Shown here in pieces: positions 22,113 through 33,036 of a stretch of 47,495 nt of DNA (position 1 is the stretch's first letter; each line of letters starts with the position of its first letter). This DNA comes from Haliotis rubra (lineage: Eukaryota): assembly GCF_003918875.1 (NCBI RefSeq), contig NW_025765324.1:152041-199535 (forward strand), read 5' to 3'. The notes beneath the pieces were generated by a model. That model was not told the DNA's origin. It was given only the letters and a program-made list of their open reading frames with translations, and did no database searches. The translations under genes were made by a program, and so were the position numbers.

Positions 22113-22222
22113 GTCTAGAACGGGCCATTCAGTCCCTAAATGGACGATTCTTTGGCGGGAGAATTGTGAGAGCCGAGAAGTATGATCCTGACATGTTTGA
22201 AGCACAAGATCTGTCTGGTTGA
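22113..22222 (+). CDS. PUF60: PUF60 terminal coding exon, UHM domain part 2 (LERAIQSLNGRFFGGRIVRAEKYDPDMFEAQDLSG, then stop)
   Basis: This matches human [34 protein letters not shown]. The acceptor is TTTCAG|GT and the stop codon TGA is at 22220-22222. Confidence 0.85.
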
Positions 22223-23222
22223 AAACCTAAGTCAAGGATTAAAATAATCCAGATAAAAAACACTGAAGTGCTGACATGATGGACTGTATCAATGCTTAAG
22301 TCAGTAAACCAAGGTATTCCCATGTGCTGGTGGGATGGTGTCCGTATGCACTGTCAGGTGGATATCACAGAGCGAGCTGTTCCAGAAATAATACAAGAAA
22401 GTGTCTCGCTTCTGAGTGTGTTTCCTGACCAATGTGATCATTCAAACTGATGGGAAGTCTGTAATTTGAATGTGGAAATAGCTGACATTGTCCATGTTCT
22501 TTTGATGCCACCACAAAACTAGAACTAATTCTAGAAGAAGGTGCTTCATTTTCAGAACCTAAAGATTTGACCTAAAGCAACAAGTCACTTACGATAAGGA
22601 GATGCACGAATGCCGACAGCCTTGTTCTAAAAACTTGTGATCCAGTGAATATTTGTTTCATGGTGGCTTTATTCATTGTGTGATTTGCCATTTCGAGTGA
22701 AAGATGTGTATAAATGTGGTATAGCTGAGTTGAATGTTGCCTGATATGGAACTGACATAAGAATATGTACTAAGTGTAAATTATGTAAATGAAAAGAAAT
22801 ATTAAGATTGCGTTTGAGGTTTCACTTAGTTTAAACTTGTCAAAATCTTACGAGTGAAATTGTTTTCAAAAGATGTTTATGGTTATGTTCAACTGCTTGA
22901 GAATAGAATTCAGACCTAGTCATTTCATCAATCTTGAGGAATCATGTAGATATTTTAAAGGTACATCGGATTCTTAACATGATGGGCCATCTACCTCAAA
23001 ACATCTACATGTTAAATGCTATGGCTCACAATTGGTTGTTACGTTTTGTAATGTCAAAGCATTGTTTTGTTTTGTCACATCAAGGAATTGTATTTTTTAT
23101 CTCAAGAGTACATCAATTCAGTCAGTGTGAAAGATTCATTTTCAGCCTTAGGTTGACATGTGTAAGTACATATTTTAAAAAATGTCCAAAGTTGTATGAT
23201 ATGTTGATATTGAAATTTTGTA

Positions 23223-23228
23223 AATAAA
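23223..23228 (+). terminator. Candidate polyadenylation signal AATAAA, about 1 kb downstream of the PUF60 stop codon
   Basis: This is the only canonical AATAAA seen in the AT-rich region after the stop codon. No transcript data are available. Confidence 0.25.
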
Positions 23229-23833
23229 CAATGATGCAAACTATATTTGACTTTCTTATGAATTTGAATGAAGCTGTCCATCTGTTGTAACACATGAGTG
23301 GTTAAGAAACCTTATTGCCCTCATCTTTTGGGAAAGTGTATAGTAAACCTTGATTAAGCATATGCTGGGTATCTTTTATTTTCTCACTCTCTACTTAGTC
23401 AACGCCTTGTCCATCTGTCTGTAATCATTTTGTTTCGGGAGCATAACTCAAAAAACGTTAATTATGTTTCAACAAAAATTGGTAGATATATCAATCAGAC
23501 CCTAAAGTGGTGCCTTTTGCTGTTTATAGAGTTTTGTCATTTTTTATTTTTCTTGATTTCCCTGGAAACGTGTTTGACTTAGACTAGGAGGGTGGGCTTT
23601 GTTTCCGGAGCACAAAGGAAACCTTTCCAGTAATAGAAATACTTTTTTCACCAAGTGTGCCTTCGGGCACCAGACAAACATTTTAGGTGTGCCTTTCAGT
23701 AATCAAGTGTGCCCACATATTTTTGGAATGAAAGACTAACAATGGTGATGATCTTTTAAAATCTAATGTTAGTTAACAACAAATCTAATTTTTTCTGTCA
23801 TCACCGATGTGTCTTCTGCTTAAGAAGGCTTTC

Positions 23834-24540
23834 TTAAGCGTCATCTGTTCTTGAACCATAAGATGGGGTCCATCGTCTGCCACATTTGCTGGCTCTCATC
23901 CATCTACCTATGGCCCCTCCAGGCTTATAGTCAGCAAGCTTTGTTTTGCACTGAGCAACTGTCATGAGAGTGGAGAGTGTTCTTGGCTGCAGCCTAGATC
24001 TCCAGTCCGTTTTGACTCTCCCCATCATTGAAAACCATCTCTCACATTCTGCAGATGACACTGCCATCACAAGAGATATTTGAACCAAGGCAAGTATGTT
24101 TTGGTACCTCTTGTAAACTATGTCTTGTTTCATCATCCTTGACCATAGGTCAATGTAAGTCAGATTCTGATTTCTCTTCTGGGTGCCGTTCCACTAACCG
24201 ATCTTACCTAAGATCAATCTTAGCAAGTTACGCCAATTTTACAATAGTCTTAGCTAAAAGTTACACCCTTTCCACTACCCGATCTTAGGCCGATCTTACG
24301 ATCCGATCCAAGCTTAGCTCGAGACTCTTTCGTATGCGAGAGATAGAGGAATGCGAGGCACGAGTCATCTCCCTTTGCATAGTCTAGCAAATGATCAATC
24401 GTAACTACTGGGGTCATTCCGGCAAGCCGGATGGCGTCTCGTACCCCTCTCCACTCTCCTACCCAGAGTTCCATGCGGCAAGCCAGCATAGTACCTCTGC
24501 CACAGGCCACAAAAATGTGACGATTCGTCACATCTTGCAA
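23834..24540 (-). pseudogene. hAT-superfamily transposase remnant, including the C-terminal dimerisation domain
   Basis: ORF 23834..24136 contains ...AVSSAECERWFSMMGRVKTDWRSRLQPRTLSTLMTV, the hallmark hAT C-terminal motif (S-A-x-CER-x-FS ... R-x-RL ... L-x-x-LM). Only fragmentary ORFs lie upstream (24250..24540), and no intact N-terminus was found. Confidence 0.55.
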
Positions 24541-25214
24541 TGTCCATTCAATATAATGTACAGATTTCTTTTACTCTTTTATTTTTGACAAGTCTACACA
24601 TCTAACTAAATATCTTTAATAGAATGGTTTAGTTTCACTGAGAAAATATGTAACACTATTTCGATTTGCGTAGCGATCCTTGGTTTACATAGGTTGTACG
24701 GCTCCACGTGCTGTCATCGAAGCTGATGGAGAGCAAACGATGCAGCCGGTTTGATACCTAAATATGTACTGTCATAGACCTTACTGTCGCAGTTGTGGAA
24801 GACTATATATGTAACAATGTAAAAGCATTATGAAGAGAGCGCCGAAAAGCTTTCGTGAGTCCAGTCTCTTCTTATTATGAATATGTGCGTTTGATTACAA
24901 ACAAGAGAAAAGTCCGGGTCACGTGATATGCAAATTAGCCTGTGGCAGTGATGTTATGTTAAGTCATCGCTGTGCCTGAGTGTGACCCCTCTCGTGGCCA
25001 TGTTTACGACTGGGCCTTGTCTAAGCGCAAACGGGCACGGAGATGAAACTAGTCTAGATTCACGGACTATTTCCAAGGAAAGATAACTCTAAATTTCCAA
25101 GCATGGCTACTCCAAGAAAACAAGATCATTTGTTTAACCTGCAGGAAGAAGACCGAAAGATTACTCAGTTTAAAAGGAAAGAAATTAACACAGGATCTAG
25201 CATTTAGGGACAGG

Positions 25215-25835
25215 TTGAGGCAGTTCATACGGATAGAAATCAATGACACGGACATTCAATTACTTTACATTTGCCGTTCGTGCCACAATAAGGTCGAAAG
25301 CTTTGCTGTCTTCCAAGCGACTGCAATAAGCAATGCCAAATCGGGACTAGAGCAACTACAACGGCCCAAAAGACTAATTGGAACACCGAAGGTAAGCACA
25401 CCTAAAAGGTTAAGCGTTGCGAGTCAACTGATTTCTTCTGTAGAGAAACTAAGAATTAGTGATGAGTCCACATCCCTGTCAGACAAATCAGACCAAAAGG
25501 AATCCAGAAGAACATTGTTTTCGGAGGATACAACATCTTCTGCTGACAAGAGAAATGATTCGTCACAGAGTGTTGACATATCTAAGCACGATCATCTCTA
25601 CGCAGCAACAACACAGCCACAACATGACCCTATGAAATTTGAACATGTGTATGCAAAGTGTACTGTCCAATCTGCTTCAGAACAAACTGACAGACAAAAC
25701 AAGTTGTCTGCAGAAAGACTTATTGAGACCAAACCAGATACAGGTGGATGGGCCTCACACATTGAACATATGTGTCAAGCACTGACTCAGATGTGTGCAC
25801 CAGGAAAGAGCGTTCTCTATTCAAAGTCCCCTTAG
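25215..25835 (+). CDS. Uncharacterised 206-aa ORF with an N-terminal Cys/His cluster (LYICRSCHNKVESF) and a serine-rich low-complexity body. It may be related to a transposon or to a ZAD/THAP-like finger.
   Basis: This is the longest plus-strand ORF in the area. No domain could be confidently recognised by eye. Confidence 0.2.
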   Translation: MRQFIRIEINDTDIQLLYICRSCHNKVESFAVFQATAISNAKSGLEQLQRPKRLIGTPKVSTPKRLSVASQLISSVEKLRISDESTSLSDKSDQKESRRTLFSEDTTSSADKRNDSSQSVDISKHDHLYAATTQPQHDPMKFEHVYAKCTVQSASEQTDRQNKLSAERLIETKPDTGGWASHIEHMCQALTQMCAPGKSVLYSKSP

Positions 25836-26491
25836 TATTTGTCTACCTGTGATGTATTTTCGGGAGGCAGTGTGTGAACTGCAGAGGGTGTCCCCTTTTC
25901 TCTTTTCCATTCTGCATTCTGCACTAGGTGACAAGATAACTATGTCCTCTAAGATTTCTACCATTGCTACCATCTATGGTATGATACTCCACTCAAACAA
26001 CAATAGAGTGTCAGCTGTTCAGAGACTATTTACGACCACAGCCATCAGATATCATGCAGATAACATGGTACCTTTATTTAAATAACGTTTTGAGTTTTGT
26101 TTTATTTACAAGCTCTTTTGAAGCATGTTAAAGGAGCTTCTTTTCTTTATCTTTTGAAACAAAAAACTTGAAATTGATGTTAGTATGTTGTTATTTTAAA
26201 AATATATATATATATTTAAAATCCTAACGTATTACTATTAATCTTTAGCATTCATTCAACTTAAATTTGTTTTAATTTCTTGAAATTTATATGATGTTTC
26301 CCACTGATTTAACTTCCTAATCTATGTACAATAAACACCTTTAAGTTTGAACATTAAAGAATATTATGAAATGGTAATATGACATTGATAATAATACCAT
26401 GGAATATATGAACCATCAACATATAGATTTAAATAATGGTTTTGTTCCACTTTCATTTGAATGCTGTTCCAAGTTCCATGGGGGGGGGGCG

Positions 26492-26659
26492 GTGGGGTAG
26501 CCTAGTGGTTCAAGCGTTGGCTCGTCACGCCGAAGACCCGGGTTCGATTCCCCACATGGGCACAATGTGTTAAGCCCATTTCCGGTGTCCCCCGCCGTGA
26601 TATTGCTGGAATATTGCTAAAAGCGGCGTAAAACTAAACTCAGTCAGTCAGTCAGTCCA
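26492..26659 (+). mobile_element. Full-length family-1 SINE, with a 12-bp TSD CCAAGTTCCATG (26468-26479 / 26657-26668) and preceded by a poly-G tract
   Basis: TGGGGTAGCCTAGTGGTTCAAGCGTTGGCTCGTCACGCCGAAGACCCGGGTTCGATTCCCCACATGGGCACAATGTGTTAAGCCCATTTCCGGTGTCCCCCGCCGTGATATTGCTGGAATATTGCTAAAAGCGGCGTAAAACTAAACTCAGTCAGTCAGTCAGTCC. The flanks are identical on both sides. Confidence 0.85.
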
Positions 26660-26833
26660 AGTTCCATGCATGCATGCCTGCATGCTGTTCATTGTTATTT
26701 ATGGTGGGGTTGTTTTTCATGAAAACAAAACAATGATTTCCTTCACTTTGGAAATCTCTGCTGACAAAACATCTTTGGTATGGACTTGCATGATGTACTG
26801 AATAAATTTACCACATAAGCTAGATATACTTTC

Positions 26834-27033
26834 AGTAGTATATACAATGGGGCTTCTGGATCACTTTCAACCAAAGCCTCTGCAAAGCCTTATTTCACAA
26901 GTAAGGCTTTGGTCGGACCCTTAGCTCTTGCTACCATTACCCCTACTATGAAAAAGTTTGGGACGATAGCGGGATGCGAACGCACCTCCTAGCCGCACCG
27001 GGGACATGGCTGGAGTGTGTTGGTATCCTGGGG
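26834..27033. repeat. Left TIR of the Polinton/Maverick element
   Basis: It is reverse-complementary to 41306-41510. The first roughly 95 bp are nearly identical. One internal patch has diverged (GCGAACGCACCTCCTAGCCGCAC against its counterpart). Confidence 0.9.
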
Positions 27034-27038
27034 CACCG

Positions 27039-28060
27039 CTATGCCGTGTTGACTGGAGGTAACACGGTGCCGTACAGTACGATCAATAATTCCGCTCTTA
27101 CAAACCCCCTACCTGGCCCATCCCTCAAGTAGTACAAGTTAGGCTCGTCTGCTTTGATGTCCACTTTATCTATGTTGTAAGTTTTGACTGACCATATAGG
27201 ATCGGTGGCTCGCTTACGGCTATCACCCTCGTGTTCCCCCGGCTGGTATAGATACCTCACTAGGGCCCTATCTGGTATCTGTTTCTCTTTTCCACGCAAT
27301 GGAGCAGCCGACTCTGCAACTATTGATTTTAGTTTGATAGCGTCTGCCGGTTTCTTATCAGTGAGCCGGGTGGTTTTATGGTTGATTGCCGACACCACCT
27401 TAGGGAGCCGTGAAACCCATTCAGTCGATCGTTTTCCCGGGGTTGCCATCTCCCTCGCATACTGATGGCCGAATAAGCGCTCAGCCAAAGTCCTATTAAA
27501 TCTCTCAACTATGGCTTGGCTGCGATGGGCTCCAGCCGTTACGCTAACGCCTGACCTTTGTATCGTGTTTGGCTAGCAGTTGTGACACGCCACCCATGAA
27601 CTCCGCCGGGGTCAACTTGCAGCTCTGTTGGCCATGTCAGCGGACTGCGTTTGTATATGCGTTCGAATCCTCTGGCTACCTGGGCAGAATCTTTCGCGGT
27701 CAAGGGTTCGGCTTCCTTGTAGCGACTGGCCACGTCCACTACGGTTAAGGCATACTTGTACCTCTTGTCGTGGGGTAGGAACAGTAGGTCTGCCTGGTGA
27801 ACGCTATTGGGCATGTTAATACCGAACCTCCTCCTAGGCACGTAGCGTGGTGCGGGTAAATAGATCTGCCGCAGGGCTTGTTTTTCAAGCCACGCTTTGG
27901 CCTCCTCCGGGGGTACTCGCGCCATTTTAGCCAGCTTATCTACAGCGCTAGCTCCTTTCCAGTACCCATGCGGGCTGTAGTAAATAGCCTCAAACTTTTT
28001 CTGGTTCCGTTCTTGGTTCAATTTTTTCATGCCCGTACGCGTACGTGTTGATCCCATCAA
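27039..28060 (-). pseudogene. Retroviral-type (rve) DDE integrase of the Polinton, split by a frameshift between two ORFs (28060..27539 and 27488..27039)
   Basis: ORF 1 reads ...HQADLLFLPHDKRYKYALTVVDVASRYKEAEPL...ELQVDPGGVHGW, giving the D, D(PG) core. ORF 2 begins AERLFGHQYAREMATPGKRSTEWVSRLPKVVSAIN, the E region in the form xERxnxtL. The two ORFs are in different frames, 50 nt apart. Confidence 0.8.
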
Positions 28061-28446
28061 TAGCTATCCAACGTTTAGTGTCCATAGGCTTACAGGGACG
28101 TCTTGTTTATTGTCAGTCCGTATATCCTATGGCCATCACTTCTAAGTGTGTTCATTTTATGCCTAAATGTATCGGTCTTGAACAGGGCTTCCTTTGAATC
28201 TGGCGTGTTTGATGTGTTGTTTAACCACGCACTTCTTAACACCCTTAACTTTCCGGATCTCACCATTGTCGGCCTTCAGTATGGAATACATCTTAGGCCT
28301 CAAACCTATGTACTTGCCACGGGCGCAAGCCAGCACACTCGTCCTTCATCTTACCCAGGACCTTTTATTTACCGTACTGTGTATGGCATGGGCCTTGGGG
28401 TAGTCGCTAGTGTCATACAAATCGAGGTGTTTTTCATGTCCTCGCA

Positions 28447-31228
28447 TTAACGCCCCTCGGTTCGAATCTCCATCAGCAGGGAATCCGTGTCAGTGTACAG
28501 CACTTCACACCTGTCATTGTACTGTTTCTTAAGCTCGTTGTAGTAAAAGTCGTACATCAGGTGTTTGGATAAATCGAGGATGCTCATCCCACGTAAACAG
28601 GCGGTTGAATTTTATGTGGCTTTTCTTCATGTGTAGGGCAACTAGGTCATCGGTGAATATCTTGCTACGGTTGAATGCCGGACTGGCTATCAGTCTCCTG
28701 AGCTTGTCTTCCTCATTCGACCGAACCAGCTTCACGGTCACACATTTCCTAAGGTTCTCCATAGTCTTACCAAACACCGAGTTGTTCATGAGCTTGTAGA
28801 GGTTTTTCTCAAAGTCACTGGTGGCAAGCTTTCGGAGGTCTGTGTTCATTCAGATGTAGGGCTCCATCCAGGGGCTCTGGTTGAACACGAGCACCCTATG
28901 TATTTTGGTCAGCCTCATACCCAACGACAGGTACAGCTGTAGGTTGCGATAGTGAACGATGTACTTGGTCTTATTCATTAAGTTGGGCACGAGTTTTTCA
29001 ACTTCTGCCACCCGCCCACCTAATAAGTTATGTTGGTACTCAGACATCCAGTCTGGGTTAACCCTCATACGTTCGGGGGCCAGGGGGTAGCTGTTGTGTG
29101 ATGTGTGTAATGCCTTGGGGTATTCCAAGTCAACTTCGAGGATATAACCTTTATTCGAATCTGGTGCGATGCTCATAACATCGACCTCCTGTGGCACCCA
29201 TTCGAATCCCCCTGTGGGTAGATACTGGCTCATAGCCCAGCCGTTACAGGTTGTTGGCGTCGAGGTAGAGAATGTGATTGGTTGGCTTGCTAGGGTCGTG
29301 AACCCTTCCGTGTATTGATTATTTGCTTTCGCGTATCGCTTGGTTGCCATGGAGATCCCTACCGCAAGCCTTTTCTCAATGAATAGGTGCATGTCATAAT
29401 CTGTAAGCAATTCCAACTTAACTCCAGTCTTTTTCAACAAGGCATCCCACGACAGACCTGGGCTGGTGTAATACCATCGCGGGTCGAAGTTTATACTGCT
29501 TGAAACATGTCCGCCTAAACGTCTCAAACACGCCGGCTAACAGCAGTACATCTGTCCTCAAGTACAGGTCGTGATAGTCACCCAGATTCTCACAACCCAG
29601 TTTATTCCATCGTGCTAATCGTCGCAGTAATCGCCTTGGGATATTGCCGAAGTCAGTCAGATTGCTGTAAAAATTCTCTGATGGGGTAGTCTGGTCTCGG
29701 CGAACTTGGCCCAACTATCCATGTACTCATAAGGGTACACACCCTTCCTCATAAGCAGGGGTCTAGTCTCGCATCTGTGTATCGATCGGTAATAGGGAAG
29801 GTATCATTGGCCTTGACCAGACTGTCGAAAGTGACGACAATAAAAATTGTACTGAATCTATGAACCTAAGGCCGTTTAAGCTGAAGGAGATGTATCTCTC
29901 CATGTTGTTGGGGATGCGTTATATTACCATCGATTTTCGCGATGGCCTGCATGATCAAATGAGAGTCGTACCCTCTCAAGTTGTGAAAGACAACGGAATG
30001 TTTATTGTCTTAGGGTTGATTCTAAGCTTAAGGTTACACATAGGCTGTGAGCTGCGCCTCTATACTTACGGGTTACGTGACAGTGATCTCTCACGAATCA
30101 CCGTTCAGTGGTGAGTCACACACGTGACAGTTAGTGCTACAGGCGTGAGCTAGCCTGTCGGCTCGGGTCATCACGCATGGGGAGACTCTTATACAGTGCA
30201 TTCCTAATAATTTTTCTTCCTCCTGCAAACACTTTAGAAACCTTTCAGGGCTATACACTGAGCTTTCAGGCATCAGGCATTTGGCATATAAGGCACAGGC
30301 ATTTGGTTCTTGTGGTTAGGCCTCAAAGGTTTTTTAGGATATTGTCACCTTCTTTTAGGCATGTCACCTTCGACTGTGATAGCCGTCTGCCCCACACCTT
30401 GGCAATCCTCCCGTGGGATTCTAATAAATCAGCTCGTGTGAAGCCATGTAGGCACCGCTCACAGAAGTGGGTCTTTTCTCTGTGTGCCCGATTGGTCATA
30501 CAACAGCCTGCTAAAGTGTTTTATCCATGTGTAGTGGTACTTGTCACCTCGCTGGATCATGAATATATTGATAATCGAAGGGGGTTCCCTCCCCAACACT
30601 GAGCTTACTCTGTGCACTATTGTTGTGTTACCTTCGTGCCCAAAGACATTTATAGCTAGATTATTCTGTTTTTCTATTTTAGTTATCTGGGATATGGGGG
30701 TTGGTTCATCTATACCATCCCAGTTGAGCCCATCGCCTTGGGGATAACTAGAAGGCCTGTTCGAATTAGTGTCAGCTGGAAACAAGGCTGACCTGATAGC
30801 TAACCTCAAGCAATCGTCTCCTCTATTCCTGACGTTGACCATGGCATGTTTTTTCCTATAGTAGGGGGGCAAGTCTAGGTATGACCCGCCTCTGAACGGC
30901 AATAGTTAGCTATGTCTAGATAGACATTATCGATTTTATCTACAGTCCACCCAGACCCCAAGTGTGTGTAGCGTTCTAGGTATTCTCGTATCTGCTGAAA
31001 ACTGGTATCGATTGATGCGTCAATGGTCTCTATATGGGTCACGACTTCTTGTTTACCTCTGAAGTAAGGCTGAACGTACTCAGTGACCCCATTCCCTGCC
31101 TGCTTATCGAGCGACATTTTCACTGTGATTTGAAATTTGATACTTCCTAGACTGTTTAGTTCCTGGTTTATTTTATCAACTATCAGAGGCTTCATATCTA
31201 TAATATCTATGTTCCTATCAACATGCAT
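28447..31228 (-). pseudogene. Protein-primed family-B DNA polymerase (pPolB) with an N-terminal OTU-like cysteine protease domain. It is disrupted by at least three frameshifts and an in-frame TGA.
   Basis: The OTU Cys box NRGDDCLRLAIRSAL and His box DKYHYTWIKHF lie in ORF 30459..30902. The Exo III motif YLRTDVLLLAGVFETF lies in 29418..29714. A motif A-like LEVDLEYP...HNSYPLAPE lies in 28850..29527. An in-frame TGA at 28850-28852 is followed by motif B KLMNNSVFGKTMEN in 28529..28849. Motif C is found only in the +1 frame after that ORF's stop (…SKHLMYDFYYNELKKQYNDRCEVLYTDTDSLLMEIRTEGR*, ending 28447). Confidence 0.85.
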
Positions 31229-31261
31229 GCGCCAGCCTCTTAAATAATTACCTACAGCAGC

Positions 31262-31600
31262 TCAGTGCGCATCTAACTGTAGGTCAATAGCTCTATTCTG
31301 CCGTAATAGTTCTACAAGCTGTGGTTTCCTCATACGGGAATATCCCCCTAACCCCAAATCACGTGCCTGAACTTTCAGTTGTTTTACAGTGGGAGGTTTT
31401 GCTACGGGGGCATGTGATAACAATGCGATTAACCCGCTCTCCCCAGGTTTGAATAACCCGTGAATCCAAGCTGTTTTGCTTGAGCTTTTAATTGTTTTAC
31501 CGTGAGGAGGGCTTCTAAACCTAGTAATTTCAACAATGCTGGTTTGGGCATTCGAGAATACCCAATTACACCCTCTGCCTGGCGACCCGCTTAAGTTCAC
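31262..31600 (-). CDS. ORF with two tandem Rho_N/SAP-like helix-extended-helix motifs (KTIKSSSKTAWIHGLFKPGESGLIALL and TVKQLKVQARDLGLGGYSRMRKPQLVELL). It is in frame with the pPolB N-terminal region and separated from it only by a TGA at 31262-31264.
   Basis: The motif pattern LK.LA..LG..G.S.MRK.ELIE.L is characteristic of the Rho N-terminal/SAP DNA-binding fold. The frame relationship to ORF 30875..31228 was computed from the coordinates (372 nt apart). Confidence 0.45.
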   Translation of the reverse strand: MNLSGSPGRGCNWVFSNAQTSIVEITRFRSPPHGKTIKSSSKTAWIHGLFKPGESGLIALLSHAPVAKPPTVKQLKVQARDLGLGGYSRMRKPQLVELLRQNRAIDLQLDAH

Positions 31601-32141
31601 TAACAGTAGTCATAGTTGCGCATTACACACCTATGAAGATCAATGTCTAATTGGGCGCCGTAAAGGTAAAAATCTAGATACACCTTATCGATTATTCCCT
31701 CGCCCACCCCGAACATGCGCAGTATAGTAGGGTGTTTTGTATTACTTGCAACGAGTCAGTCAACAAGTATATCTATATCCCCATGCACATCTACTGCGCC
31801 CCCATCAAAGTAATTCCAAGTGTGCCCAGCCCATGGCACATCAAACCCTACTTTTACCATGATTGTAAACGAGAGCACCCCTTATATAGTTCACTAACAA
31901 TCATGGGTTTGAGGACACTGATATCTATACTTTTCCCCACATCCATCTGCCAGCATCTCAGGCAACCTTCCCTGGGCTCAATTTTCATCAAACATAGCTA
32001 TATCGTAGGTGTGTATAATCTCTAACTGGGCCACTGTCAAAGGGAGGTAACTCCTCCAGCCTTACACTGCTATCTTGAGAAGTCGCCACGCTCATTTATG
32101 TAGGCCTTTTATTCTCGTAGATGAGGTGATGTCTGACTACG

Positions 32142-32435
32142 TTAAGCCCCGTGAGCTTTACATAGACAGTAGTGCCCTTTAACCCCTATACCACACACAG
32201 AACACGCCGTAGTTAGGGCTTCCCATGTGGAACCAACAGTACCCCTAGTCCTGCATTTCCTACCACAGGCTTCTTTCTTCCCCATAAGTATGTATTCGCA
32301 TCGGTATGGAGCAGGTCTCATGTTTAGCATACTTATATGAGTACTTAGTCTAATTGTTTCGCTAACCAACGCAGTCGCTGCTATACCCAGCGCTATGAAT
32401 ACCAGTTCACGGTCCATTTGCCCCTTGGATGGCAT
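32142..32435 (-). CDS. Polinton-internal small ORF of 97 aa, with a hydrophobic N-terminal segment and a Cys-rich C-terminus (CGRKCRTRG...CSVCGIGVKGHYCLCKAHG)
   Basis: ORF track only. The Cys-rich tail is a zinc-ribbon-like spacing. No homolog was recognised. Confidence 0.3.
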   Translation of the reverse strand: MPSKGQMDRELVFIALGIAATALVSETIRLSTHISMLNMRPAPYRCEYILMGKKEACGRKCRTRGTVGSTWEALTTACSVCGIGVKGHYCLCKAHGA

Positions 32436-33036
32436 GGTAGTACTGAGCGAGTGTGGGTTTATTGAGCGGTTGCAGCCTTTTACCTGTTAATAAGAAGTAT
32501 TCTCTCGCTGCCTGCGCCGACATGCGTGGAATGTTTGAACGGCATGGTTTTCACGCCTGAGTTGTTCGTTAATGTAATCGATCCTCTGGAGGCGTTTTTA
32601 GCGATACTTTCGGATTGTGCGGCCTGTAATTTCTCAATAGCGAGATTATGCGCTTTCTTTCTTCCTGTATTTCAGCCGCGTGTGACTCTCGTAGTTTCGG
32701 GAGAAGAGGAAATTACTCCGGAAAATGCTAGGGCATTTACTAACGCCCCACCAACCATCATGGCAATCGTAGCCATCCTATATTTACTTCATAATATTTT
32801 CAGGTAGTATCCCTTGTTTTACTAGGATGTCTTTTGTAGCCATCGCCATACCAAGGTTCATTATAAGCATACCCATATCCTGCAGGTTGAAATCTAGCTT
32901 GATAGTTGGTTGTTTAAGCACCATTTTGGTCAACCGAGCGTATCCTACAGCTAGACTGGCGACCACTGTGGCGTGGTATGCGTCGTTGACGAACGTTTTC
33001 CCCTCAGACATTATGTATATGATATAAAATATTAAA

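Noticed and set aside
28850-31264. In-frame TGA codons in the Polinton PolB as possible stop-codon recoding (selenocysteine or an alternative genetic code)
   Set aside because: They co-occur with multiple true frameshifts in the same gene and in INT and ATPase. No SECIS-like context was sought or is evident. Simple pseudogene decay (CGA/TGG>TGA) is the sufficient explanation.
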